The translations under genes and the position numbers were made by a program. From an uncultured Chitinophaga sp. (lineage in GTDB: Bacteria > Bacteroidota > Bacteroidia > Flavobacteriales_D > Crocinitomicaceae): 51,095 nucleotides of DNA. Shown here piece after piece: positions 1 through 9,754 of the stretch (its first letter is position 1; every line of letters starts with the position of its first letter). The notes below the pieces were generated by a model. It did no database searches, was not told the origin of the DNA, and saw only the letters and a program-made list of their open reading frames with translations. The stretch is taken from assembly GCA_964532475.1 (NCBI GenBank), contig CAZHLZ010000001.1, forward strand, positions 14,891 to 65,985. The letters run 5' to 3'.

Positions 1-1
1 G

Positions 2-883
2 ATTAAATTTTTATTTTTATTACTTTTTTCCTCAACTGCTTTTGGTGCAATGCCAATCGATTTTTCTATTGACCCTTCGATTGTAAATCAAGATGATAAA
101 ATCAATAAGAAAGATGCTTCTGGTAAAAAACAAGGGAAATGGATTTACTACGGGAAAGATAGACCTGAAGAAGGGTACCCGATGGAAGGTAAAATTGAGG
201 AAGGTCCATACAAAGACGACCGAAAAGAAGGAATTTGGATTAAATACCACAATGATGGTGTGACGCCAAAATTAAAAGGAATGTACGTTAACCACAGAGC
301 AAGTGGAGCATTTATAAAATACCACCCAAATGGTAAAATCAAAGAGGCTGGTTCATTTAGTAAAGGTCAATATGAAGATTCTCTTAAAAGATACCATGAA
401 AATGGTCAATTAGAATACGAAGCGATTTACAATGAAAGTGGAAAAGAGCAAGGGAAAGTGAAATTTTATTACCCAAACGGTCAAGTAGAATTTGAATATT
501 CCTCGGTAAATGGAGTTCCAAACGGAAAAGCAACTCGTTATTATGAAAATGGAGATGTGAAAGAAAGTATTGAGTTTGGTGCGGATGGATCTATTTCAAA
601 AAGTGTTAGCAAAGAAATGGTAAACCCAGCTGTTAAAGTGAAAGATCCAGGAGCAAATACTGAAAAAGCACCTGCTATCTCAAAACCAATTGTCAAAGGA
701 GGCAAATTCCAACCAAATGGTTACAACAAAGTGTATAATGATGAAGATGAAATATGGCAAGATGGTGATTTTAAAGATGGTAGATTGTACAACGGAAAAG
801 TTTACGTCTATGATAGAGATGGTATCTTATTGAAAGTTAAAGTATACAAAAACGGAGTGTACCATTCAGACGGTCAATTATAA
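2..883 (+). CDS. Secreted MORN-repeat-variant (YwqK-like) protein; 5' end runs off the window
   Basis: The frame is open back to nt 2. IKFLFLLLFSSTAFGA precedes the first in-window Met and looks like a signal-peptide h-region, so the true start lies upstream. The body holds tandem ~23-aa repeats (GKWIYYGKD, GIWIKYHNDG, IKYHPNGK, KRYHENGQ, KFYYPNGQ, TRYYENGD). Confidence 0.7.
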   Translation: MKFLFLLLFSSTAFGAMPIDFSIDPSIVNQDDKINKKDASGKKQGKWIYYGKDRPEEGYPMEGKIEEGPYKDDRKEGIWIKYHNDGVTPKLKGMYVNHRASGAFIKYHPNGKIKEAGSFSKGQYEDSLKRYHENGQLEYEAIYNESGKEQGKVKFYYPNGQVEFEYSSVNGVPNGKATRYYENGDVKESIEFGADGSISKSVSKEMVNPAVKVKDPGANTEKAPAISKPIVKGGKFQPNGYNKVYNDEDEIWQDGDFKDGRLYNGKVYVYDRDGILLKVKVYKNGVYHSDGQL

Positions 884-989
884 CTCCACAAAAATAAATA
901 TTTAGTGAAAGTCGGTCTTTTTGATCGACTTTTTTCATTTATTTCAACTAATCTTTGTATTTTTACGCTTAAATAGTTTATCTAAAGCC

Positions 990-2375
990 ATGATCCAACT
1001 TTTAAAAAAAGCAGACTTCAAAACCAATTTGGTTTTTATCGTAAATAAAAAATTCAAATCGGAGGAAAAACTCCCAAGTTATATTAAAGACGAAATAGAT
1101 CTTTTTATAAAATCTAAAAAAGAATTTGACTTTCTAAAACTTTCTAATCAGTATATCTTTTTTGTAAAAGAAAATGAAAATGCAGAAAAATTGCGAGTAG
1201 CAGGACATCAATTGAGAACACATTTAGATAAAAATGAAAAAACAATTTCTGTTCTTGGTGAATCAACATTCGTTTTAGCATTGATAGAAGGATTTTTGTT
1301 ATCCAACTATCAATTTTTGAAATACTTTTCAGATGCAAAAGAAAAAGCTTTTAAACTAGAGTCAGTTGGTGTTCTTTCTCCAAGCCAAAAAGAGATTAAC
1401 AAATTAGAAAACACAATAAAAGCTGTTTATTGGACAAGAGACATGGTCAACGAGCCAGTTTCCTATTTAACAGCAACTCAACTTTCTCAAGAAATCACAG
1501 ATTTATGCAAAAACCTCCCTATTGAAGTCGAAGTTTTTGGAAAAACAAAAATTGAAGCCCTAAAAATGGGTGGTTTATTAGCTGTAAATAAAGGTTCTGT
1601 AGAAGCTCCTTCATTCACCATTTTAGAATACAAACCTAAAAAAGCAAAAAATAAAAAACCAATTGTTTTGGTAGGAAAAGGGGTTGTTTATGACACTGGA
1701 GGTTTAAGTTTGAAACCAACTGCTGGTTCAATGGACTTAATGAAAAGTGACATGGCAGGCGCAGCATGTATGGCAGGCACAATTTATGCCGCAGCTTTGA
1801 ATGAATTAAATGTACATATTATTGGATTAATTCCAGCCACAGATAACCGACCAGGTTTAAATGCTTATACTCCAGGTGATGTGATTACGATGTATGATGG
1901 TACCACAGTTGAAGTGTTAAATACCGATGCAGAAGGCAGAATGATTTTAGCAGATGCCTTGGCTTATTCAAAAAAGTATGACCCAGAATTGGTAATTGAC
2001 GCCGCAACTTTAACAGGCGCAGCGGTGGTTGCAATAGGTACAAAAGCATCATGCTTGATGGGGAATGCAGATCAAAAAACAATGGATAAATTAGTTCAAG
2101 CTGGAAACAAAGTGCACGAAAGGGTTGTACAACTTCCATTTTGGGATGAATATTACGAAGAAATGAAATCTTCCATCGCTGATCTAAAAAATATTGGCGG
2201 AAAATATGCAGGAATGATTACAGCAGGAAAATTTTTAGAACATTTCGTGAAAGCACCTTACATTCATATTGATATTGCAGGACCTTCATTTTTAGAAAGT
2301 CCAGAAAATTACAAAGGAAAAGGCGGAACGGGAGTGGGTGTTCGATTATTAACGGATTTTTTAGAATCTATATAA
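990..2375 (+). CDS. pepA: Leucyl aminopeptidase, M17 family
   Basis: M17 signature NTDAEGRMILADAL and VGKGVVYDTGGLSLKP. The ATG at 990 (MIQLLKK) is preferred over the TTG-extended start at 921. Confidence 0.9.
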   Translation: MIQLLKKADFKTNLVFIVNKKFKSEEKLPSYIKDEIDLFIKSKKEFDFLKLSNQYIFFVKENENAEKLRVAGHQLRTHLDKNEKTISVLGESTFVLALIEGFLLSNYQFLKYFSDAKEKAFKLESVGVLSPSQKEINKLENTIKAVYWTRDMVNEPVSYLTATQLSQEITDLCKNLPIEVEVFGKTKIEALKMGGLLAVNKGSVEAPSFTILEYKPKKAKNKKPIVLVGKGVVYDTGGLSLKPTAGSMDLMKSDMAGAACMAGTIYAAALNELNVHIIGLIPATDNRPGLNAYTPGDVITMYDGTTVEVLNTDAEGRMILADALAYSKKYDPELVIDAATLTGAAVVAIGTKASCLMGNADQKTMDKLVQAGNKVHERVVQLPFWDEYYEEMKSSIADLKNIGGKYAGMITAGKFLEHFVKAPYIHIDIAGPSFLESPENYKGKGGTGVGVRLLTDFLESI

Positions 2376-2398
2376 CTTGATTTAAAAACAAAATTAAA

Positions 2399-3472
2399 AT
2401 GATTCGAGTAGGAATTACATTGGGTGACATGAACGGAATCGGGCCTGAAATCATAATCAAGGCACTGAGAGACAATCGAATTTTACAAGATTTTATTCCA
2501 ATTGTTTATGGCTCAACAAAAGTTTTTTCTTTTTACAAAAAAGCGCTAAACGACGATGAATTTGTATACCAGTCGTGTAAAAATGCTGGAGAAGCAGTAC
2601 AAAAGAAAATTAATATAGTAAATGTTTGGAATGAGGAACTCAAATTTGATGTTGGGAAATCAACTGAATTAGGTGGGAAATATGCATTTTTAGCTCTTGA
2701 AAAAGCTACTGAAGATTTAGCAGCTAACAAAATTGATGTACTTGTTACAGCTCCAATTTGTAAAGATGGAATAATAAAGGCAGGATTTCAATTCCCAGGT
2801 CACACCGAATATTTGGCACATTTATCAGGAGTTGATGACGCCTTGATGTTGATGATAAACGGAGATTTACGCGTTGCATTGGCTACAACTCACGTCGCTT
2901 TAAAAGATGTTGCTTCTCAATTGTCAAAAGAGAAAATTATTGTAAAAATTAAACAATTAGAAGCTAGTTTGAAAAAGGATTTTGGGATTATTCGTCCAAA
3001 GATTGCAGTTTTTGGACTCAACCCTCATGCTGGTGAGAATGGGAAAATGGGCGAAGAAGAAACCACAATAATAAATCCTGCCATTCAACAAGCAAAATCT
3101 GAAAACATATTAGCATTTGGACCTTATCCCGCTGATAGTTTTTTTGGTTCGAGCAATTTGAAAAACTTTGATGCAATCTTGGCTATGTATCACGATCAAG
3201 GATTGACAGCATTCAAGGCTTTGGCTTTTGAAGATGGAGTAAATTATACAGCTGGCCTACCAATTGTCCGCACTTCCCCGGATCACGGAACAGCATTTGA
3301 CATTGCTGGGAAAAATCAAGCATCGGAGCAATCTTTAAGAAGTGCGATCTATGCAGCGATAGACATATATAAAAATAGACAATTTATCAAAGATATTAAT
3401 GCTAATCCATTAGCAATTTCAGGTGGTGTGCAAAGCAAAAAACCACATCACAAAAAGGTAGAAATTGAATGA
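2399..3472 (+). CDS. pdxA: 4-hydroxythreonine-4-phosphate dehydrogenase
   Basis: GDMNGIGPEII, NPHAGENG and SPDHGTAFDIAGK motifs; length of 357 aa fits; stop codon is TGA. Confidence 0.9.
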   Translation: MIRVGITLGDMNGIGPEIIIKALRDNRILQDFIPIVYGSTKVFSFYKKALNDDEFVYQSCKNAGEAVQKKINIVNVWNEELKFDVGKSTELGGKYAFLALEKATEDLAANKIDVLVTAPICKDGIIKAGFQFPGHTEYLAHLSGVDDALMLMINGDLRVALATTHVALKDVASQLSKEKIIVKIKQLEASLKKDFGIIRPKIAVFGLNPHAGENGKMGEEETTIINPAIQQAKSENILAFGPYPADSFFGSSNLKNFDAILAMYHDQGLTAFKALAFEDGVNYTAGLPIVRTSPDHGTAFDIAGKNQASEQSLRSAIYAAIDIYKNRQFIKDINANPLAISGGVQSKKPHHKKVEIE

Positions 3473-3519
3473 AAAAGCAAAAAAATTAAAAGTTTTTAAC
3501 AAGGTATGTTTAATTTTCT

Positions 3520-3527
3520 TATCTTTG
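3520..3527 (+). promoter_or_regulatory. Bacteroidota-type -7 box (TAnnTTTG) for the yceD-rpmF-plsX-fabH operon
   Basis: TATCTTTG lies 42 nt upstream of the yceD ATG, in the only sizeable gap after pdxA. Confidence 0.45.
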
Positions 3528-3568
3528 CACCCGCCTTATAGATTTAAGGCACTAAATAGAGTATAAAA

Positions 3569-4189
3569 ATGTCGCGTTCTGATTCACAATATAACATTCC
3601 ATTCGTTGGCTTGAAAATCGGAAAACACGAGTTTGAATATGATATTGACGACACGTTCTTTGAAGATTTAGAGTATTCTTTAGTTCAAAAAGGGAAGCTA
3701 AAAGTGATTTTAGAGCTCGATAAAAAGGAAACAATGTTGCTTGCCAATTATAAGGTAAGTGGAACTGTAACCTCCGATTGTGATCGCTGTACTGCTCCTT
3801 TAGAACTAGAAATAATTGGTGAATACCGTTTGATATATAAATTTGGATTAGAAGAAGCTGAGGATGAAACCCTAGTTGTTTTGCATCCGGATGAATATCA
3901 AATCAATGTAAAAGCACCAATTTATGAGTTAATCATAATTTCTCTTCCAAGTCGCAAAATCCACAAAACCGGAGAATGCGATGAAGAAATGTGGAATTTG
4001 GTAAAACAATATACTGTAAATTCAGAAGATAATGAAGATGATGAATTGGATTTTAACCCAGATGATTTTGGTTTAGATGATGAGGTCCCGAAAGCTTTCG
4101 GGAGGGAAGACGATTTGGATGATGAAAATCCAGATGACGATGATGAAGACGATGAATCTCCCTGGGAGATATTGAAAAATTTAAATTAA
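3569..4189 (+). CDS. YceD/DUF177 family protein with a long acidic C-terminal tail
   Basis: Conserved position directly upstream of rpmF-plsX; CDRCTAPLE motif. The C-terminal ~55 aa are rich in D and E. Confidence 0.75.
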   Translation: MSRSDSQYNIPFVGLKIGKHEFEYDIDDTFFEDLEYSLVQKGKLKVILELDKKETMLLANYKVSGTVTSDCDRCTAPLELEIIGEYRLIYKFGLEEAEDETLVVLHPDEYQINVKAPIYELIIISLPSRKIHKTGECDEEMWNLVKQYTVNSEDNEDDELDFNPDDFGLDDEVPKAFGREDDLDDENPDDDDEDDESPWEILKNLN

Positions 4190-4209
4190 CGATTACAAAA
4201 TAAAGTAAA

Positions 4210-4401
4210 ATGGCACATCCTAAAAGAAAAACGTCGGTTACTAGACGTGACAAAAGAAGAACACACGTAAAAGCAGTTGCAGATAATATTGCAATCTGTC
4301 CAACAACTGGTCAGCCGCACTTGTTTCACCATGCACACTGGCATGAAGGAAAACTTTATTACAAAGGTAAAGTGGTTGCAGAAAAAGAATTAGCAGTATA
4401 A
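4210..4401 (+). CDS. rpmF: 50S ribosomal protein L32
   Basis: [20 protein letters not shown]-terminus; 63 aa. Confidence 0.95.
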   Translation: MAHPKRKTSVTRRDKRRTHVKAVADNIAICPTTGQPHLFHHAHWHEGKLYYKGKVVAEKELAV

Positions 4402-4426
4402 GTAATTCGTAACTGATTCTTCTTTT

Positions 4427-5365
4427 ATGAAGATAGGGATAGATATTTTAGGAGGCGATTTTGCTCCTGACGCAAATGTTCAAGGAGCAATTTTAGCAAA
4501 AAGTTTACTTCCAAGTGAGGCTGAACTTGTATTGTTTGGTGACCAAGAGTTAATTTTGAGTTGCCTTTCAAAGTTTGGTGCTAATCCAGCTGATTATACA
4601 GTAGTGCACGCTCCAGACGTTATTACAATGCATGACCATCCAACGCGTGCAATTCCAAATAAACCAAATAGCTCCATTGCTGTTGGTTTTGAATATTTAG
4701 CAAAAAACGAAATTCAAGCTTTTGCTTCCACTGGAAACACTGGAGCGATGCTCGTAGGCGCAATCTATAAAATCAATACCATTCCAGGTATTATTAGACC
4801 TTGTATTACCTCTGTGTTACCAACCATCAATGGTGGGAATTCTATTTTATTGGATGTTGGTTCAAATGCAGATTGTAAAGCTGATGTCTTGTACCAATTT
4901 GGGGTTTTAGGTTCCTTGTATGCTAAAAATGTTTACGGAATTGAAAATCCAAAAATAGGATTATTAAATATCGGTGAGGAAGAAACCAAAGGAAACCTTT
5001 TGACTTTAGCTTCATACAAATTATTCAAGGAATCAGATGAAATTAATTTCATTGGTAACGTAGAAGGTAGAGACATTTTTACCGGAATGGCAGATGTCAT
5101 TGTCTGTGATGGATTTACAGGAAATGTTGTGCTAAAGGAAGCAGAAGGAATTTATACCTTAATGAAAAAGCGTGGAATCAAAGACGAATATTTTGATCGA
5201 TTTAATTACGAAAATTACGGTGGAACACCAATTTTGGGTGTGAAAGGGAATGTAATTATTGGTCATGGTATTTCCAATGATAAAGCTGTTAAAAGTATGA
5301 TTATTCACGCTTTTGAAGTAGCAAAATCAGGTTTGGCAACTAAGGTTAACGAAGCATTTAATTAA
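4427..5365 (+). CDS. plsX: Phosphate acyltransferase PlsX
   Basis: GGDFAP and [11 protein letters not shown] motifs; rpmF-plsX-fabH synteny. Confidence 0.9.
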   Translation: MKIGIDILGGDFAPDANVQGAILAKSLLPSEAELVLFGDQELILSCLSKFGANPADYTVVHAPDVITMHDHPTRAIPNKPNSSIAVGFEYLAKNEIQAFASTGNTGAMLVGAIYKINTIPGIIRPCITSVLPTINGGNSILLDVGSNADCKADVLYQFGVLGSLYAKNVYGIENPKIGLLNIGEEETKGNLLTLASYKLFKESDEINFIGNVEGRDIFTGMADVIVCDGFTGNVVLKEAEGIYTLMKKRGIKDEYFDRFNYENYGGTPILGVKGNVIIGHGISNDKAVKSMIIHAFEVAKSGLATKVNEAFN

Positions 5366-5370
5366 AGATA

Positions 5371-6360
5371 ATGAGTAAAATTACAGCAGCAATTACAGGT
5401 GTGCAAGGTTATTTACCTGATAACATTGTTACCAATCATGATTTAGCAAAAATTGTTGATACTTCTGACGAATGGATTTTGTCACGAACAGGAATTTCTG
5501 AGAGAAGAATTATGAAAGATGGTGCTTCTTCGGATATGGCTGCCGGTGCAGTAAAAGCATTGTTAGAAAAAAAAGGCATTGATCCTTTAGAAATAGAATT
5601 AGTGATTGTTGCAACTGTAACTCCAGATTACCCATTCCCAAGTACTGCAAATGTTGTTTGCGATAAGACAGGAATGACAAATGCTTGGGGTTACGATTTA
5701 ATTGCCGCTTGTTCAGGTTTTATTTATGCGCTTCAAACGGGTGCTAAATTCATTGAATCTGGAACTCACAAAAAAGTAATCGTAATTGGTGTTGACAAAA
5801 TGAGCTCCATTTTGGATTATGAAGATAGAACAACTTGCGTTATCTTTGGTGATGGTGCAGGAGCAGTTTTATTGGAACCAAATGAAGAAGGAATGGGAGT
5901 TCAAGACGCCATCTTAAAAAGCGATGGTGCTGGAAGAAAATTCCTTATTCAACCTGCTGGTGGTTCTGCAAATCCTCCAACGCTTCAGACTGTTGAGGAA
6001 AGAATGCATTATGTAAAACAGGAAGGCAAAACTGTTTTCAAATTTGCGGTAACCAATATGGCAGAAGTTTCTGCTGAAATCATGGAAAAAAATAATTTAA
6101 CAAGTGAAGATGTTGATTGGTTAGTGCCTCATCAAGCTAACTTGCGAATTATTGATGCTACTGCAGAAAGAATGGGTTTACCTAAGGAAAAAGTAATGAT
6201 TAACATTCAAAAATACGGTAATACTACTGCTGGAACATTACCACTTTGTCTTTGGGATTGGGAAAAGCAATTGAAAAAAGGAGATAATTTAATCCTTTCT
6301 GCATTTGGAGGTGGATTTACCTGGGGTGCAGTTTATTTAAAATGGGCTTATAATTCTTAA
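5371..6360 (+). CDS. fabH: Beta-ketoacyl-ACP synthase III
   Basis: Catalytic Cys in AACSGF, His in PHQAN and Asn in GNTTAG. Confidence 0.95.
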   Translation: MSKITAAITGVQGYLPDNIVTNHDLAKIVDTSDEWILSRTGISERRIMKDGASSDMAAGAVKALLEKKGIDPLEIELVIVATVTPDYPFPSTANVVCDKTGMTNAWGYDLIAACSGFIYALQTGAKFIESGTHKKVIVIGVDKMSSILDYEDRTTCVIFGDGAGAVLLEPNEEGMGVQDAILKSDGAGRKFLIQPAGGSANPPTLQTVEERMHYVKQEGKTVFKFAVTNMAEVSAEIMEKNNLTSEDVDWLVPHQANLRIIDATAERMGLPKEKVMINIQKYGNTTAGTLPLCLWDWEKQLKKGDNLILSAFGGGFTWGAVYLKWAYNS

Positions 6361-6395
6361 AAATTATTTATATTTACTCTCGAAAACTTAAAATT

Positions 6396-6878
6396 ATGAA
6401 TTTAACGGAAATACAAGACTTAATAAAATTTGTTTCTAAATCAGGTGTAACTGAAGTAGAAATAGAGAAAAAAGACTTCAAAATTACAATAAAAGCTGAG
6501 AAAGCTAAAGAGCAAATTTTTGTTCAAGCAAGTGCACCTCAACAAATGATGCAAGCTGCACCAGCTGTTGCTCAAGCTCCTGCAGTGGCTCCAGCTACTC
6601 CTGCGGCACCAGTTTCTGCACCAGCGGAAGATTCAAAATTGATTACAATTAAATCTCCAATGATTGGAACTTTCTACCGTTCTTCATCTCCAGATAAAGA
6701 TGCTTTTGTTCAAGTAGGTGATTCAATTCAAAAAGGTTCTCCAGTTTGTATCATTGAAGCTATGAAATTATTTAACGAAATTGAATCAGAAATTTCTGGA
6801 AAAATCGTTAAAGTTTTAGTGGACGATGCTACGCCAGTAGAGTATGATCAACCATTATTCTTAGTTGACCCATCATAA
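6396..6878 (+). CDS. accB: Biotin carboxyl carrier protein of acetyl-CoA carboxylase
   Basis: Biotinyl-lysine motif [10 protein letters not shown] and an Ala/Pro-rich linker. Confidence 0.95.
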   Translation: MNLTEIQDLIKFVSKSGVTEVEIEKKDFKITIKAEKAKEQIFVQASAPQQMMQAAPAVAQAPAVAPATPAAPVSAPAEDSKLITIKSPMIGTFYRSSSPDKDAFVQVGDSIQKGSPVCIIEAMKLFNEIESEISGKIVKVLVDDATPVEYDQPLFLVDPS

Positions 6879-6884
6879 ATTAAA

Positions 6885-6975
6885 GTCTGATTTCGTCGTT
6901 GCTTTAAGTTTACAATTCGTCATTTACACGAGTAAACTCCAAATTCTAAACTTTTAAAGCGCCTAGAACTCAAAC
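6885..6975. repeat. About 91-nt imperfect palindrome in the accB-accC spacer
   Basis: The left arm 6885-6927 is an imperfect reverse complement (roughly 70% by eye) of the right arm 6932-6975, with a 4-nt loop. Confidence 0.5.
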
Positions 6976-7050
6976 ATTAATTAGATTTTTGATTGACAAG
7001 CAGTCTAAAAATCGAACAATCGAATAATCCAATTATCTAAATAATAAAAG

Positions 7051-8385
7051 ATGTTCAAAAAAATATTAATTGCAAACCGTGGTGAAATCGCACTTCGTAT
7101 TATTCGTACGTGTAAAGAGATGGGAATCAAAACGGTAGCTGTTTATTCAACGGCTGATAAAGACAGTTTGCCTGTACGTTTTGCAGACGAAGCTGTTTGT
7201 ATCGGACCTGCGGTAAGTTCAAAATCATATTTGTCCATTCCAAACATAATTGCCGCGGCAGAAATCACAAATGCGGATGCAATTCACCCAGGATATGGAT
7301 TTTTGTCAGAAAATGCTCGTTTTTCAGAGATTTGCCAAAAACATGGTATCAAATTTATCGGTGCATTGCCTGAGCAAATTGATTCAATGGGTGATAAAGC
7401 AACAGCAAAAGCAACAATGATTGCAGCTGGTGTTCCTTGTATTCCAGGTTCAGTTGGTTTGTTGAAAGATGTTGAAGATGCCAAAGCCCAAGCGAAAAAA
7501 ATCGTTTATCCAGTTATCATGAAAGCAACTGCTGGAGGTGGTGGAAAAGGAATGCGTATTGTTTGGAAAGAAGAGGATATTGAAAATGCATGGAATTCAA
7601 CTCGTCAAGAGGCTGCAGCAGCTTTTGGAAACGATGGAATTTACATGGAAAAATACATTGAAGAACCAAGACACATCGAAATTCAAATTGCAGGTGACCA
7701 ATACGGAAATGCTTGTCACATGTCTGAAAGAGATTGCTCTATTCAACGACGTCATCAAAAATTGGTGGAAGAAACTCCTTCTCCATTTATGACAGATGAA
7801 TTGAGAGCTCGAATGGGTGAGGCTGCAATTAAAGCTACTAAAGCTGTAAATTACGAAGGTGTTGGTACTGTAGAATTTTTAGTAGACAAAAACCGTGATT
7901 TTTATTTCATGGAAATGAATACGAGAATTCAAGTAGAGCATACGATTACAGAAGAGGTAATTGATTTTGATTTAATTAAGGAACAAATTAAAATCGCAGC
8001 TGGAATTGCAATCTCTGGAAAAAATTATACGCCACATTTACATGCAATTCAGTGCAGAATTAATGCAGAAGATCCATTCAACGATTTCAGACCAAGTCCA
8101 GGGAAAATTACTTCCTACCATTCACCTGGAGGACATGGTGTAAGAATTGATACGCACGCTTATGCTGGTTATACAATTCCGCCAAATTACGACTCAATGA
8201 TTTCTAAATTAATTGTTGTTGCACAAACACGTGAAGAAGCAATTTTAAAAATGAAACGTGCTTTGGATGAATACATCATTGAAGGTGTAAAAACAACCAT
8301 TCCTTTTCACCAAAAATTGATGAATAATGCAGATTTTAATGCAGGAAATTTCACCACAAAATTCATGGAAACATTCGAATTTTAA
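7051..8385 (+). CDS. accC: Biotin carboxylase subunit of acetyl-CoA carboxylase
   Basis: Full-length 444-aa ATP-grasp protein with [12 protein letters not shown] and [10 protein letters not shown] motifs. Confidence 0.95.
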   Translation: MFKKILIANRGEIALRIIRTCKEMGIKTVAVYSTADKDSLPVRFADEAVCIGPAVSSKSYLSIPNIIAAAEITNADAIHPGYGFLSENARFSEICQKHGIKFIGALPEQIDSMGDKATAKATMIAAGVPCIPGSVGLLKDVEDAKAQAKKIVYPVIMKATAGGGGKGMRIVWKEEDIENAWNSTRQEAAAAFGNDGIYMEKYIEEPRHIEIQIAGDQYGNACHMSERDCSIQRRHQKLVEETPSPFMTDELRARMGEAAIKATKAVNYEGVGTVEFLVDKNRDFYFMEMNTRIQVEHTITEEVIDFDLIKEQIKIAAGIAISGKNYTPHLHAIQCRINAEDPFNDFRPSPGKITSYHSPGGHGVRIDTHAYAGYTIPPNYDSMISKLIVVAQTREEAILKMKRALDEYIIEGVKTTIPFHQKLMNNADFNAGNFTTKFMETFEF

Positions 8386-8463
8386 GTGTTAAAAAATAAT
8401 ATTTGAAGCCACAAATTCTAAAGAGTTTGTGGCTTTTTTAATTTTTGTTCTATAAGATTTAAA
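8219..8463 (+). repeat. Direct repeat copy A (functional accC 3' end plus terminator)
   Basis: 8221-8385 matches 10891-11055 at 164 of 165 nt. The hairpin 8408-8433 is identical to 11080-11105. Confidence 0.95.
8408..8440 (+). terminator. Intrinsic terminator of accC
   Basis: GCCACAAA / TTTGTGGC stem with a 10-nt loop, followed by TTTTTT. Confidence 0.8.
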
Positions 8464-8521
8464 TAAAATACAAAATCATTTTTACTATTCAAATCGAAGA
8501 TTAAAATGCAGAAATCTATCA

Positions 8522-9754
8522 TCAAAAACTCATTCCGTATTTGTATATTCGAATAAAATTAGCGTCAAAAGCTCCTGTCCATATGACGTCAAATTCATTG
8601 TTATTAAAGAAAATATTGCCCTTGAAAGGCATTAAATCATCGTACAAACTTAGACTTTTTTCTAGATCGAAGATTTGTAAATATTGAGGGATATTATTAA
8701 TTATCTTTTTTTGAAGTACTTCTCTTTCACTACTTGCTGGACAAAAATTTGATTTCTCTTTTTCTTTAGGCATTATTTCAATTAATGATTTAGTGGTATC
8801 AATTATTTCTTTTTGATAATTTCTGAGATAAATGCCCTCATTTCTAATTTGCTTAATTTTGTAATATCCATATGATTCAATTAAACTTGAATTATATTGT
8901 TCGTTACTTAATTTTTCAGTTGCCTTAAATAATTCTTGATGATTCTTTTGAATGTGGGCACCTTTCATATTTATTTTTTCAATTTTATTAGAAGAAAGAT
9001 TAAAAATAGAAATTAATGGAATAAGTTGCTGGGTAATTAAAATCTCATCTTTATTATTGATTATAAAAGAATAGTAATCTGCATAATAATACGATGCCTT
9101 ATGGTAAAGTGTATCATATTCCCCAATTTTTTTAATTAATTTTCCATTTTTGTTAAATACACCTATTAGACCATCTCTTTTGTAATAATTTATTGCTTTT
9201 TTTATGCTTTTGTCTAGATAATTTTCATTAAACTTTTTTTGGATTGCAACGAAGAAAAGGTCGTTTTTTTCATCATATTTAAAATTATTAAAGTAACTTA
9301 CTTGGAATTTAGAAAAATTAAATTTTGGTTTTATACTTTTTATTAATTCACCATTGAATGAATATTTTCTAAGTTCCGTTCCATCAAAATTCATTGCTAT
9401 AATGAAGTTATTTGTAAAATCAAAAGTCCAAGCTTTAAAATCATCCCTCTTATTTTTAGAATTTAACTTTATCCTTTCTAATTTTTTTAATTTCAAATCG
9501 TATTTAAGAAAACAATTCTGTTCAGTGGGAAAGATATAAAGATTGCTGTTTTTAATATTTGTGCTGTAGCCATTGTCTAAAACACCATCAGTATTAAACA
9601 AGTTAATATTGAGTTCGAAGCTATCAACAAGTTGAAAATTTACATCATTTTGAGAAAATATCACTGATAAAGAACAAAAAGTAGCACCAATAAAAATAAA
9701 TACATTTTTATTGGTGCTTAAAATTTTCCTGATCTTTTTTGATGCAATTAACAT
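8522..9754 (-). CDS. Signal-anchored hypothetical protein, possibly a beta-propeller (DUF4221 / 6-bladed-propeller-like)
   Basis: Its ATG at 9754 overlaps the upstream stop (ATGTTAA). The N-terminal hydrophobic segment is VFIFIGATFCSLSVIF. Recurrent short beta-strand-like blocks suggest a propeller. The family assignment is only an impression. Confidence 0.6.
   Translation of the reverse strand: MLIASKKIRKILSTNKNVFIFIGATFCSLSVIFSQNDVNFQLVDSFELNINLFNTDGVLDNGYSTNIKNSNLYIFPTEQNCFLKYDLKLKKLERIKLNSKNKRDDFKAWTFDFTNNFIIAMNFDGTELRKYSFNGELIKSIKPKFNFSKFQVSYFNNFKYDEKNDLFFVAIQKKFNENYLDKSIKKAINYYKRDGLIGVFNKNGKLIKKIGEYDTLYHKASYYYADYYSFIINNKDEILITQQLIPLISIFNLSSNKIEKINMKGAHIQKNHQELFKATEKLSNEQYNSSLIESYGYYKIKQIRNEGIYLRNYQKEIIDTTKSLIEIMPKEKEKSNFCPASSEREVLQKKIINNIPQYLQIFDLEKSLSLYDDLMPFKGNIFFNNNEFDVIWTGAFDANFIRIYKYGMSF

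Noticed and set aside
2-883. YwqK-type antitoxin of a toxin-antitoxin pair
   Set aside because: The protein carries a signal-peptide-like N-terminus, and the downstream neighbour is pepA with no toxin gene. It is more likely a secreted MORN-repeat protein.
4030-4189. Highly acidic D/E-rich tail of the YceD-like protein as a separate gene or fusion
   Set aside because: It is continuous in frame with the DUF177 body and has no internal start or compositional break at the DNA level. It is probably a lineage-specific tail.
6534-6636. Low-complexity Ala/Pro-rich stretch in accB
   Set aside because: This is the normal flexible linker of biotin carboxyl carrier proteins, not a repeat element.
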